64,000 bases of DNA from the human T2T-CHM13v2.0 reference genome, Homo sapiens: assembly GCF_009914755.1 (NCBI RefSeq), contig NC_060933.1; one strand, given 5' to 3'. The position numbers were made by a program, and so were the translations under genes. Numbering within the stretch: the first letter of the stretch is position 1; every line of letters starts with the position of its first letter. Below the pieces are notes generated by a model, which saw only the letters and a list, made by a program, of their open reading frames with translations, had not been told where the DNA came from and searched no databases. Of this stretch, positions 12,101-27,100 are shown piece by piece.

Positions 12101-15100
12101 AGTCACAGAGTAGAATGTTCCCTTTCATAGAGCAGGTTTGAAACACTCAGTGCACTACCTGGAAGTGGACATTTGGAGCGCTTTGAGGCCTATGTTGAAA
12201 AAGGAAATATCTTCCCATAGAAACTAGACAGAAGCATTCTCAGAAACTTGTTTGTGATGTGTGTCTTCAACTAACAGAGATGAACCTTTCTTTTTACAGA
12301 GCAGTTTTGAAACACTCTTTTTGTGGAATCTGAAAGTGGATATTTGGATAGCTTTGAGGATTTCGTTGGAAACGGTATTACATATAAAATCTAGGGAGAA
12401 GCATTCTCAGGAACTTCTTTGTGATGTTTGCATTCAAGTCACAGAACTGAACATTCCCTTTCATAGTGCAGGTTTGAAACACTCTTTCTGTAGTATCTGC
12501 AAGCTGACGTTTCAAGCGCTTTCAGGCCTGTGGTGAAAAAGGAAATATCTTCAAATAAAAACTAGACAGAAGCACTCTCAGAAACTTATTTGCGATGTGT
12601 GTTCTCAACTAACAGAGTTGAACCTTTGTTTGGATACAACATTTTGGAAACACTCTTTTTGTAGAATCTGCAAGTGGATATTTGGATAGCTTTGAAGGTT
12701 TCGTTGTTAACGGGAATATCTTCATATAAAATCAAGACAGAAGCATTCTCAGAAACTTCTCTGTGATGTTTGCATTCAACTCATAGAGTTGAACACTTCC
12801 CTTCATACAGCAGGTTTGAAACACTCTTTTTGTAATATTTGGAAGTGGACATTGGCAGCGCTTTGAGGCCTATGTTGAAAAAGGAAATATCTTCTCCTAA
12901 ACACCAGACAGAAGCATTCTCAGAAACTTCCTTAGGATGTGTGTACTCAAGTAACAGAGTTGAACCTTCCTTTTGACAGAGCAGTTTTGAAGCACTCTTT
13001 TTGTAGAATCTGCAAGTGGATATTTTGATACCTTTGAGGATTTCGTTGGAAACGGGATATCTTCATATAAAATCTAGACAGAAGCATTCTCAGAAACTTC
13101 TTTGTGCTGTATGTCCTCAATTAACAGAGTTGAACCTTTGTGTGGATACAGCATTTTGGAAACACTCCTTTAGTAGAATCTGCAAGTTGATATTTAGATA
13201 GCTAGGAAGATTTCCTTGGAAACGGGAATATCTTCACATAAAATCTAGACGGAAGCATTCTCAGAAACTTCTCTGTGATGCTTGCATTCAACTCATAGAG
13301 TTGAATACTTCCTTTCATAGAGCAGGTTTGAAACACTCTGTGCACTACCTGGAAGTGGACATTTGGAGCGCTTTGAGGCGTATGTTGAAAAAGGAAATAT
13401 CTTCCCATAAAAACTAGACAGAAGCATTCTCAGAAACTTGTTTGTGATGTGTGTATTCAACTAACAGAGATGAACCTTTCTTTTTACAGAGCAGTTTTGA
13501 AACACTCTTTTTGTGGAATCTGAAAGTGGATATTTGGATAGCTTTGAGGATTTCGTTGGAAACGGGATTACATATAAAATCTAGGGAGAAGCATTCTCAG
13601 GAACTTCTTTGTGATGTTTGCATTCAAGTCACAGAACTGAACATTCCCTTTCATTGAGCAGCTTTGAAACACTCTTTCTGTAGTATCTCCAAGCGGACGT
13701 TTCAAGCGCTTTCAGGCCTGTGGTGAAAAGGGAAATATCTTCAAATAAAAACTAGACAGAAGCATTCTCAGAAACTTATTTGCGATGTGTGTTCTCAACT
13801 AACAGAGTTGAACCTTTGTTTTGATACAGCATTTTGGAAACACTCTTTTTGTAGGATCTGCAGGTGGATATTTGGATAGATTTGAAGGTTTCGTTGGAAA
13901 CGGGAATATCTTCATATAAAATCAACACAGAAGCATTCTCAGAAACTTCTCTGTGATGTTTGCATTCAACTCATAGAGTTGAACACTTCCTTTCATAGAG
14001 CTGGTTTGAAATACTCTTTTTGTAACATTTGGAAGTGGACATTGGCAGCGCTTTGAAGCCTATGGTGAAAAAGGAGATATCTTCATCTAAAAACCAGACA
14101 GAAGCATTCTCAGAATCTTTCTTGTGATGTGTGTACTCAAGTAACAGAGTTGAACCTTCATTTTGACAGAGCAGTTTTGAAGCACTCTTTTTGTAGAATC
14201 TACAAGTGGATATTTTGATACCTTTGAGGATTTCGTTGGACACGGGATATCTTCATATAAAATCTAGACAGAAGCATTCTCAGAAACTTCTTTGTGCTGT
14301 ATGTCCTCAATTAACAGAGTTGAACCTTTGTGTGGATACAGCATTTTGGAAACATTCCTTTAGTAGAATCTGCAAGTTGATATTTAGATAGCTAGGAAGA
14401 TTTCCTTGGAAACGGGAATATCTTCACATAAAATCTAGACGGAAGCATTCTCAGAAACTGCTTTGTGATGTCTTCATTCAAGTCACAGACTAGAATGTTC
14501 CCTTTTATAGAGCAGGTTTGAAACACTCAGTGCACTACCTGGAAGTGGACATTTGGAGCGCTTTGACGCCTATGTTGAAAAAGGAAATATCTTCCCATAG
14601 AAACTAGACAGAAGCATTCTCAGAAACTTGTTTGTGATGTGTGTATTCAACTAACAGAGATGAACCTTTCTTTTTACAGAGCAGTTTTGAAACACTCTTT
14701 TTGTGGAATCTGAAAGTGGATATTTGGATAGCTTTGAGGATTTCGTTGGAAACGGGATTACATATAAAATCTAGGGAGAAGCATTCTCAGGAACTTCTTC
14801 GTGATGTTTGCATTCAAGTCACAGAACTGAACATTCCCTTTCATAGTGCAGGTTTGAAACACTCTTTCTGTAGTATCTGCAAGCTGACGTTTCAAGCGCT
14901 TTCAGGCCTGTGGTGAAAAAGGAAATATCTTCAAATAAAAACTAGACAGAAGCATTCTCAGAAACTTATTTGCCATGTGTGTTCTCAACTAACAGAGTTG
15001 AACCTTTGTTTGGATACAACATTTTGGAAACACTCTTTTTGTAGAATCTGCAAGTGGATATTTGGATAGCTTTGAAGGTTTCGTTGGAAACGGGAATATC

Positions 15101-18100
15101 CTCATATAAAATCAAGACAGAAGCATTCTCAGAAACTTCTCTGTGATGTTTGCATTCAACTCATAGAGTTGAACACTTCCTTTCATAGAGCAGGTTTGAA
15201 ACACTCTGTGCACTACCTGGAAGTGGACCTTTGGAGCGCTTTGAGGCCTATGTTGAAAAAGGAAATATCTTCCCATAAAAACTAGACAGAAGCATTCTCA
15301 GAAACTTGTTTGTGATGTGTGTATTCAACTAACAGAGATGAACCTTTCTTTTTACAGAGTAGTTTTGAAACACTCTTTTTGTGGAATCCGAAAGTGGATA
15401 TTTGGATTGCTTTGAGGATTTCGTTGGAAACGGGATTACATATAAAATCTAGGGAGAAGCATTCTCAGGAACTTCTTTGTGATGTTTGCATTCAAGTCAC
15501 AGAACTGAACATTCCCTTTCATAGAGCAGGTTTGAAACACTCTTTCTGTAGTATCTGCAAGCGGACGTTTGAAGCGCTTTCAGGCCTGTGGTGAAAAAGG
15601 AAATATCTTCAAATAAAAACTAGACAGAAGCATTCTCAGAAACTTATTTGCGGTGTGTGTTCTCAACTAAAAGAGTTGAACCTTTGTTTGGATACAACAT
15701 TTCGGAAACACTCTTTTTGTAGAATCTGTAAGTGGATATTTGGATAGCTTTGAAGGTTTCGTTGGAAACGGGAATATCTTCATATAAAATCAAGACAGAA
15801 GCATTCTCAGAAACTTCTCTGTGATGTTTGCATTCAACTCATAGAGTTGAACACTTCCTTTCATAGAGCTGGTTTGAAATACTCTTTTTGTAATATTTGG
15901 AAGTGGACATTGGCAGCGCTTTGAAGCCTATGGTGAAAAAGGAGATATCTTCTCCTAAAAACCAGACAGAAGCATTCTCAGAATCTTTCTTGTGATGTGT
16001 GTAGTCAAGTAACAGAGTTGAACCTTCCTTTTGACAGAGCAGTTTTGAAGCACTCTTTTTGTAGAATCTGCAAGTGGATATTTAGATACCTTTGAGGATT
16101 TCTGTGGACACGGGATATCTTCATATAAAATCTAGACAGAAGCATTCTCAGAAACTTCTTTGTGCTGTATGTCCTCAATTAACAGAGTTGAACCTTTGTT
16201 TCGATACAGCATTTTGGAAACATTCCTTGAGTAGAATCTGCAAGTTGATATTTAGATAGCTAGGAAGATTTCCTTGGAAACGGGAATATCTTCATATAAA
16301 ATCTAGACGGAAGCATTCTCAGAAAGTGCTTTGTGATGTTTGCATTCAAGTCACAGAGTTGAATATTCCCTTTTATAGAGCAGGTTTGAAACACTCTTTC
16401 TGCACTACCTGGAAGTGGACATTTGGAGCGCTTTGAGGCCTATGTTGAAAAAGGAAATATCTTCCCATAGAAACTAGACAGAAGCATTCTCAGAAACTTG
16501 TTTGTGATGTGTGTATTCAACTAACAGAGATGAACCTTTCTTTTTACAGAGCAGTTTTGAAACACTCTTTTTGTGGAATCTGAAAGTGGATATTTGGATA
16601 GCTTTGAGGATTTCGTTGGAAACGGGATTACATATAAAATCTAGGGAGAAGCATTCTCAGGAACTTCTTTGTGATGTTGACATTCAAGTCACAGAACTGA
16701 ACATTCCCTTTCATAGAGCAGGTTTGAAACACTGTTTCTGTAGTATCTGCAAGCGGAAGTTTCAAGCGCTTTCAGGCCTGTGGTGAAAAAGGAAATATCT
16801 TCAAATAAAAACTAGACAGAAGCATTCTCAGAAACTTATTTGCGATGTGTGTTCTCAACTAACAGAGTTGAACCATTGTTTTGATACAGCATTTTGGAAA
16901 CACTCTTTTTGTAGGATCTGCAGGTGGATATTTGGATAGCTTTGAAGGTTTCGTTGGAAACGGGAATATCTTCATATAAAATCAAGACAGAAGCATTCTC
17001 AGAAACTTCTCTGTGATGTTTGCATTCAACTCATAGAGTTGAACACTACCTTTCATAGAGCAGGTTTGAAACACTCTGTGCACTACCTGGAAGTGGACGT
17101 TTGGAGCGCTTTGAGGCCTATGTTGAAAAAGGAAATATCTTCCCATAAAAACTAGACAGAAGCATTCTCAGAAACTTGTTTGTGATGTGTGTATTCAACT
17201 AACAGAGATGAACCTTTCTTTTTACAGAGCAGTTTTGAAACACTCTTTTTGTGGAATCTGAAAGTGGATATTTGGATAGCTTTGAGGATTTCGTTGGAAA
17301 CGGGATTACATATAAAATCTAGGGAGAAGCATTCTCAGGAACTTCTTTGTGATGTTTGCATTCAAGTCACAGAACTGAACATTCCCTTTCATAGAGCAGC
17401 TTTGAAACACTCTTTCTGTAGTATCTGCAAGCGGACGTTTCAAGCGCTTTCAGGCCTGTGGTGAAAAAGGAAATATCTTCAAATAAAAACTAGACAGAAG
17501 CATTCTCAGAAACTTATTTGCGATGTGTGTCCTCAACTAACAGAGTTGAACCTTTCTTTTGATACAACATTTTGGAAACACTCTTTTTGTAGAATCTGCA
17601 AGTGGATATTTGGATAGCTTTGAAGGTTTCGTTGGAAACGGGAATATCTTCATATAAAATCAAGACAGAAGCATTCTCAGAAACTTCTCTGTGATGTTTG
17701 CATTCAACTCATAGAGTTGAACACTTCCTTTCATACAGCAGGTTTGAAACACTCTTTTTGTAATATTTGGAAGTGGACATTTGCAGCGCTTTGAGGCCTA
17801 TGTTGAAAAAGGAAATATCTTCTCCTAAAAACCAGACAGAAGCATTCTCAGAAACTTCCTTGTGATGTGTGTACTCAAGTAACAGAGTTGAACTTTACTT
17901 TTGACAGAGCCGTTTTGAAACAGTCTTTTTGTAGAATCTGGAACTAGATATTTGGATACCTTTGAGGATTTCTTTGGAAACGGGATATCTTCATATAAAA
18001 TCTAGACAGAAGCATTCTCAGAAACTTCTTTGTGCTGTATGTCCTCAATTAACAGAGTTGAACCTTTGTGTGGATACAGCATTTTGGAAACATTCCTTTA

Positions 18101-21100
18101 GTAGAATCTGCAAGTTGATATTTAGATAGCTAATAAGATTTCCTTGGATACGGGAATATCTTCATATAAAATCTAGACGGAAGCATTCTCAGAAACTGCT
18201 TTGTGATGTCTTCATTCAAGTCACAGAGTAGAATGTTCCCTTTTATAGAGCAGGTTTGAAACACTCAGTGCACTACCTGGAAGTGGACATTTGGAGCGCT
18301 TTGAGGCCTATGTTGAAAAAGGAAATATCTTCCCATAGAAACTAGACAGAAGCATTCTCAGAAACTTGTTTGTGATGTGTGTCTTCAACTAACAGAGATG
18401 AACCTTTCTTTTTACAGAGCAGTTTTGAAACACTCTTTTTGTGGAATCTGAAAGTGGATATTTGGATAGCTTTGAGGATTTCGTTGGAAACGGTATTACA
18501 TATAAAATCTAGGGAGAAGCATTCTCAGGAACTTCTTTGTGATGTTTGCATTCAAGTCACAGAACTGAACATTCCCTTTCATAGTGCAGGTTTGAAACAC
18601 TCTTTCTGTAGTATCTGCAAGCTGACGTTTCAAGCGCTTTCAGGCCTGTGGTGAAAAAGGAAATATCTTCAAATAAAAACTAGACAGAAGCACTCTCAGA
18701 AACTTATTTGCGATGTGTGTTCTCAACTAACAGAGTTGAACCTTTGTTTGGATACAACATTTTGGAAACACTCTTTTTGTAGAATCTGCAAGTGGATATT
18801 TGGATAGCTTTGAAGGTTTCGTTGTTAACGGGAATATCTTCATATAAAATCAAGACAGAAGCATTCTCAGAAACTTCTCTGTGATGTTTGCATTCAACTC
18901 ATAGAGTTGAACACTTCCCTTCATACAGCAGGTTTGAAACACTCTTTTTGTAATATTTGGAAGTGGACATTGGCAGCGCTTTGAGGCCTATGTTGAAAAA
19001 GGAAATATCTTCTCCTAAAAACCAGACAGAAGCATTCTCAGAAACTTCCTTGTGATGTGTGTACTCAAGTAACAGAGTTGAACCTTCCTTTTGACAGAGC
19101 AGTTTTGAAGCACTCTTTTTGTAGAATCTGCAAGTGGATATTTTGATACCTTTGAGGATTTCGTTGGACACGGGATATCTTCATATAAAATCTAGACAGA
19201 AGCATTCTCAGAAACTTCTTTGTGCTGTATGTCCTCAATTAACAGAGTTGAACCTTTGTGTGGATACAGCATTTTGGAAACATTCCTTTAGTAGAATCTG
19301 CAAGTTGATATTTAGATAGCTAGGAAGATTTCCTTGGAAACGGGAATATCTTCATATAAAATCTAGCCGGAAGCATTCTCAGAAAGTGCTTTGTGATGTT
19401 TGCATTCAAGTCACAGAGTTGAATATTCCCTTTTATAGAGCAGGTTTGAAACACTCTTTCTGCACTACCTGGAAGTGGACATTTGGAGCGCTTTGAGGCC
19501 TATGTTGAAAAAGGAAATATCTTCCCATAAAAACTAGACAGAAGCATTCTCAGAAACTTGTTTGTGATGTGTGTATTCAACTAACAGAGATGAACCTTTC
19601 TTTTTACAGAGCAGTTTTGAAACACTCTTTTTGTGGAATCTGAAAGTGGATATTTGGATAGCTTTGAGGATTTCGTTGGAAACGGGATTACATATAAAAC
19701 CTAGAGAGAAGCATTCTCAGGAACTTCTTTGTGATGTTTGCATTCAAGTCACAGAACTGAACATTCCCTTTCATAGAGCAGGTTTGAAACACTCTTTCTG
19801 TAGTATCTGCAAGCTGACGTTTCAAGAGCTTTCAGGCCTATGGTGAGAAAGGAAATATCTTCAAATAAAAACTAGACAGAAGCATTCTCAGAAACATATT
19901 TGCCATGTGTGTTCTCAACTAACAGAGTTGAACCTTTGTTTTGATACAGCATTTTGGAAACACTCCTTTTGTAGAATCTGCAGGTGGATATTCGGATAGC
20001 TTTGAAGGTTTCGTTGGAAACGGGAATATCTTCATATAAAATCAAGACAGAAGCATTCTCAGAAACTTCTCTGTGATGTTTGCATTCAACTCATAGAGTT
20101 GAACACTTCCCTCCATACAGCAGGTTTGAAACACTCTTTTTGTAATATTTGGAAGTGGACATTTGCAGCGCTTTGAGGCCTATGTTGAAAAAGGAAATAT
20201 CTTCTCCTAAAAACCAGACAGAAGAATTCTCAGAAAGTTCCTTGTGATGTGTGTACTCAAGTAACAGAGTTGAACCTTACTTTTGAAAGAGCCGTTTTGA
20301 AACAGTCTTTTTGTAGAATCTGGAAGTAGATATTTGGATACCTTTGAGGATTTCTTTGGAAACGGGATATCTTCATATAAAATCTAGACAGAAGCATTCT
20401 CAGAAACTTCTTTGTGCTGTATGTCCTCAATTAACAGAGTTGAACCTTTGTGTGGATACAGCATTTTGGAAACACTCCTTTAGTAGAATCTGCAAGTTGA
20501 TATTTAGATAGCTAGGAAGATTTCCTTGGAAACGGGAATGTCTTCACATAAAATCTAGACGGAAGCATTCTCAGAAACTTCTCTGTGATGCTTGCATTCA
20601 ACTCATAGAGTTGAATACTTCCTTTCATAGAGCAGGTTTGAAACACTCTGTGCACTACCTGGAAGTGGACATTTGGAGCGCTTTGAGGCGTATGTTGAAA
20701 AAGGAAATATCTTCCCATAAAAACTAGACAGAAGCATTCTCAGAAACTTGTTTGTGATGTGTGTATTCAACTAACAGAGATGAACCTTTCTTTTTACAGA
20801 GCAGTTTTGAAACACTCTTTTTGTGGAATCTGAAAGTGGATATTTGGATAGCTTTGAGGATTTCGTTGGAAACGGGATTACATATAAAATCTAGGGAGAA
20901 GCATTCTCAGGAACTTCTTTGTGATGTTTGCATTCAAGTCACAGAACTGAACATTCCCTTTCATTGAGCAGCTTTGAAACACTCTTTCTGTAGTATCTCC
21001 AAGCGGACGTTTCAAGCGCTTTCAGGCCTGTGGTGAAAAGGGAAATATCTTCAAATAAAAACTAGACAGAAGCATTCTCAGAAACTTATTTGCCATGTGT

Positions 21101-24100
21101 GTTCTCAACTAACAGAGTTGAACCTTTGTTTTGATACAGCATTTTGGAAACACTCTTTTTGTAGGATCTGCAGGTGGATATTTGGATAGATTTGAAGGTT
21201 TCGTTGGAAACGGGAATATCTTCATATAAAATCAACACAGAAGCATTCTCAGAAACTTCTCTGTGATGTTTGCATTCAACTCATAGAGTTGAACACTTCC
21301 TTTCATAGAGCTGGTTTGAAATAATCTTTTTGTAACATTTGGAAGTGGACATTGGCAGCGCTTTGAAGCCTATGGTGAAAAAGGAGATATCTTCCCCTAA
21401 AAACCAGACAGAAGCATTCTCAGAATCTTTCTTGTGATGTGTGTACTCAAGTAACAGAGTTGAACCTTCATTTTGACAGAGCAGTTTTGAAGCACTCTTT
21501 TTGTAGAATCTACAAGTGGATATTTTGATACCTTTGAGGATTTCGTTGGACACGGGATATCTTCATATAAAATCTAGACAGAAGCATTCTCAGAAACTTC
21601 TTTGTGCTGTATGTCCTCAATTAACAGAGTTGAACCTTTGTGTGGATACAGCATTTTGGAAACATTCCTTTAGTAGAATCTGCAAGTTGATATTTAGATA
21701 GCTAGGAAGATTTCCTTGGAAACGGGAATATCTTCACATAAAATCTAGACGGAAGCATTCTCAGAAACTGCTTTGTGATGTCTTCATTCAAGTCACAGAC
21801 TAGAATGTTCCCTTTTATAGAGCAGGTTTGAAACACTCAGTGCACTACCTGGAAGTGGACATATGGAGCGCTTTGACGCCTATGTTGAAAAAGGAAATAT
21901 CTTCCCATAGAAACTAGACAGAAGCATTCTCAGAAACTTGTTTGTGATGTGTGTATTCAACTAACAGAGATGAACCTTTCTTTTTACAGAGCAGTTTTGA
22001 AACACTCTTTTTGTGGAATCTGAAAGTGGATATTTGGATAGCTTTGAGGATTTCGTTGGAAACGGGATTATATATAAAATCTAGGGAGAAGCATTCTCAG
22101 GAACTTCTTCGTGATGTTTGCATTCAAGTCACAGAACTGAACATTCCCTTTCATAGTGCAGGTTTGAAACACTCTTTCTGTAGTATCTGCAAGCTGACGT
22201 TTCAAGCGCTTTCAGGCCTGTGGTGAAAAAGGAAATATCTTCAAATAAAAACTAGACAGAAGCATTCTCAGAAACTTATTTGCCATGTGTGTTCTCAACT
22301 AACAGAGTTGAACCTTTGTTTGGATACAACATTTTGGAAACACTCTTTTTGTAGAATCTGCAAGTGGATATTTGGATAGCTTTGAAGGTTTCGTTGGAAA
22401 CGGGAATATCTTGATATAAAATCAAGACAGAAGCATTCTCAGAAACTTCTCTGTGATGTTTGCATTCAACTCATAGAGTTGAACACTTCCCTTCATACAG
22501 CAGGTTTGAAACACTCTTTTTGTAATATTTGGAAGTGGACATTTGCAGCGCTTTGAGTCCTATGTTGAAAAAGGAAATATCTTCCCATAAAAACTAGACA
22601 GAAGCATTCTCAGAAACTTGTTGTGATGTGTGTATTCAACTAACAGAGATGAACCTTTCTTTTTACCGAGCAGTTTTGAAACACTCTTTTTGTGGAATCT
22701 GAAAGTGGATATTTGGATAGCTTTGCGGATTTCGTTGGAAACGGGATTACATATAAAATCTAGGGAGAAGCATTCTCAGGAACTTCTTTGTGATGTTTGC
22801 ATTCAAGTCACAGAACTGAACATTCCCTTTCGTAGAGCAGGTTTGAAACACTCTTTCTGTAGTATCTGCAAGCGGACGTTTCAAGCGCTTTCAGGCCTGT
22901 GGTGAAAAAGGAAATATCTTCAAATAAAAACTAGACAGAAGCATTCTCAGAAACTTATTTGCGATGTGTGTTCTCAACTAAAAGAGTTGAACCTTTGTTT
23001 GGATACAGCATTTTGCAAACACTCTTTTTGTAGAATCTGCAAGTGGATATTTGGATAGCTTTGAAGGATTCGTTGGAAACGGGAATATCTTCATATAAAA
23101 TCAAGACAGAAGCATTCTCAGAAACTTCTCTGTGATGTTTGCATTCAACTCATAGAGTTGAACACTTCCCTTCATACAGCAGATTTGAAACACTCTTTTT
23201 GTAATATTTGGAAGTGGACATTTGCAGCACTTTGAGGCCTATGTTGAAAAAGGAAATATCTTCTCCTAAAAACCAGACAGAAGCATTCTCAGAAACTTCC
23301 TTGTGATGTGTGTACTCAAGTAACAGAGTTGAACCTTCCTTTTGACAGAGCAGTTTTGAAGCACTCTTTTTGTAGAATCTGCAAGTGGATATTTTGATAC
23401 CTTTGAGGATTTCGTTGGACACGGGATATCTTCATATAAAATCTAGACAGAAGCATTCTCAGAAACTTCTTTGTGCTGTATGTCCTCAATTAACAGAGTT
23501 GAACCTTTGTGTGGATACAGCATTTTGGAAACATTCCTTTAGTAGAATCTGCAAGTTGATATTTAGATAGCTAGGAAGATTTCCTTGGAAACGGGAATAT
23601 CTTCATATAAAATCTAGCCGGAAGCATTCTCAGAAAGTGCTTTGTGATGTTTGCATTCAAGTCACAGAGTTGAATATTCCCTTTTATAGAGCAGGTTTGA
23701 AACACTCTTTCTGCACTACCTGGAAGTGGACATTTGGAGCGCTTTGAGGCCTATGTTGAAAAAGGAAATATCTTCCCATAAAAACTAGACAGAAGCATTC
23801 TCAGAAACTTGTTTGTGATGTGTGTATTCAACTAACAGAGATGAACCTTTCTTTTTACAGAGCAGTTTTGAAACACTCTTTTTGTGGAATCTGAAAGTGG
23901 ATATTTGGATAGCTTTGAGGATTTCGTTGGAAACGGGATTACATATAAAACCTAGAGAGAAGCATTCTCAGGAACTTTTTGTGATGTTTGCATTCAAGTC
24001 ACAGAACTGAACATTCCCTTTCATAGAGCAGGTTTGAAACACTCTTTCTGTAGTATCTGCAAGCTGACGTTTCAAGAGCTTTCAGGCCTATGGTGAGAAA

Positions 24101-27100
24101 GGAAATATCTTCAAGTAAAAAATAGACAGAAGCATTCTCAGAAACATATTTGCCATGTGTGTTCTCAACTAACAGAGTTGAACCTTTGTTTTGATACAGC
24201 ATTTTGGAAACACTCTTTTTGTAGAATCTGCAGGTGGATATTCGGATAGCTTTGAAGGTTTCGTTGGAAACGGGAATATCTTCATATAAAATCAAGACAG
24301 AAGCATTCTCAGAAACTTCTCTGTGATGTTTGGATTCAACTCATAGAGTTGAACACTTCCCTTCATACAGCAGGTTTGAAACACTCTTTTTGTAATATTT
24401 GGAAGTGGACATTTGCAGCGCTTTGAGGCCTATGTTGAAAAAGGAAATATCTTCTCCTAAAAACCAGACAGAAGAATTCTCAGAAACTTCCTTGTGATGT
24501 GTGTACTCAAGTAACAGAGTTGAACCTTACTTTTGACAGAGCCGTTTTGAAACAGTCTTTTTGTAGAATCTGGAAGTAGATATTTGGATACCTTTGAGGA
24601 TTTCTTTGGAAACGGGATATCTTCATATAAAATCTAGACAGAAGCATTCTCAGAAACTTCTTTGTGCTGTATGTCCTCAATTAACAGAGTTGAACCTTTG
24701 TGTGGATACAGCATTTTGGAAACACTCCTTTAGTAGAATCTGCAAGTTGATATTTAGATAGCTAGGAAGATTTCCTTGGAAACGGGAATATCTTCACATA
24801 AAATCTAGACGGAAGCATTCTCAGAAACTTCTCTGTGATGCTTGCATTCAACTCATAGAGTTGAACACTTCCTTTCATAGAGCAGGTTTGAAACACTCTG
24901 TGCACTACCTGGAAGTGGACATTTGGAGCGCTTTGAGGCGTATGTTGAAAAAGGAAATATCTTCCCATAAAAACTAGACAGAAGCATTCTCAGAAACTTG
25001 TTTGTGATGTGTGTATTCAACTAACAGAGATGAACCTTTCTTTTTACAGAGCAGTTTTGAAACACTCTTTTTGTGGAATCTGAAAGTGGATATTTGGATA
25101 GCTTTGAGGATTTCGTTGGAAACGGGATTACATATAAAATCTAGGGAGAAGCATTCTCAGGAACTTCTTTGTGATGTTTGCATTCAAGTCACAGAACTGA
25201 ACATTCCCTTTCATTGAGCAGCTTTGAAACACTATATCTGTAGTATCTGCAAGCGGACGTTTCAAGCGCTTTCAGGCCTGTGGTGAAAAGGGAAATATCT
25301 TCAAATAAAAACTAGACAGAAGCATTCTCAGAAACTTATTTGCGATGTGTGTTCTCAACTAACAGAGTTGAACCTTTGTTTTGATACAGCATTTTGGAAA
25401 CACTCTTTTTGTAGGATCTGCAGGTGGATATTTGGATAGATTTGAAGGTTTCGTTGGAAACGGGAATATCTTCATATAAAATCAACACAGAAGCATTCTC
25501 AGAAACTTCTCTGTGATGTTTGCATTCAACTCATAGAGTTGAACACTTCCTTTCATAGAGCTGGTTTGAAATACTCTTTTTGTAATATTTGGAAGTGGAC
25601 ATTGGCAGCGCTTTGAAGCCTATGGTGAAAAAGGAGATATCTTCCCCTAAAAACCAGACAGAAGCATTCTCAGAATCTTTCTTGTGATGTGTGTACTCAA
25701 GTAACAGAGTTGAACCTTCATTTTGACAGAGCAGTTTTGAAGCACTCTTTTTGTAGAATCTACAAGTGGATATTTTGATACCTTTGAGGATTTCGTTGGA
25801 CACGGGATATCTTCATATAAAATCTAGACAGAAGCATTCTCAGAAACTTCTTTGTGCTGTATGTCCTCAATTAACAGAGTTGAACCTTTGTGTGGATACA
25901 GCATTTTGGAAATATTCCTTTAGTAGAATCTGCAAGTTGATATTTAGATAGCTAGGAAGATTTCCTTGGAAACGGGAATATCTTCACATAAAATCTAGAC
26001 GGAAGCATTCTCAGAAACTGCTTTGTGATGTCTTCATTCAAGTCACAGACTAGAATGTTCCCTTTTATAGAGCAGGTTTGAAACACTCAGTGCACTACCT
26101 GGAAGTGGACATTTGGAGCGCTTTGACGCCTATGTTGAAAAAGGAAATATCTTCCCATAGAAACTAGACAGAAGCATTCTCAGAAACTTGTTTGTGATGT
26201 GTGTATTCAACTAACAGAGATGAACCTTTCTTTTTACAGAGCAGTTTTGAAACACTCTTTTTGTGGAATCTGAAAGTGGATATTTGGATAGCTTTGAGGA
26301 TTTCGTTGGAAACGGGATTACATATAAAATCTAGGGAGAAGCATTCTCAGGAACTTCTTCGTGATGTTTGCATTCAAGTCACAGAACTGAACATTCCCTT
26401 TCATAGTGCAGGTTTGAAACACTCTTTCTGTAGTATCTGCAAGCTGACGTTTCAAGCGCTTTCAGGCCTGTGGTGAAAAAGGAAATATCTTCAAATAAAA
26501 ACTAGACAGAAGCATTCTCAGAAACTTATTTGCGATGTGTGTTCTCAACTAACAGAGTTGAACCTTTGTTTGGATACAACATTTTGGAAACACTCTTTTT
26601 GTAGAATCTGCAAGTGGATATTTGGATAGCTTTGAAGGTTTCGTTGGAAACGGGAATATCTTGATATAAAATCAAGACAGAAGCATTCTCAGAAACTTCT
26701 CTGTGATGTTTGCATTCAACTCATAGAGTTGAACACTTCCCTTCATACAGCAGGTTTGAAACACTCTTTTTGTAATATTTGGAAGTGGACATTTGCAGCG
26801 CTTTGAGGCCTATGATGAAAAAGGAAATATCTTCCCATAAAAACTAGACAGAAGCATTCTCAGAAACTTGTTTGTGATGTGTGTATTCAACTAACAGAGA
26901 TGAACCTTTCTTTTTACCGAGCAGTTTTGAAACACTCTTTTTGTGGAATCTGAAAGTGGATATTTGGATAGCTTTGCGGATTTCGTTGGAAACGGGATTA
27001 CATATAAAATCTAGGGAGAAGCATTCTCAGGAACTTCTTTGTGATGTTTGCATTCAAGTCACAGAACTGAACATTCCCTTTCATAGAGCAGGTTTGAAAC

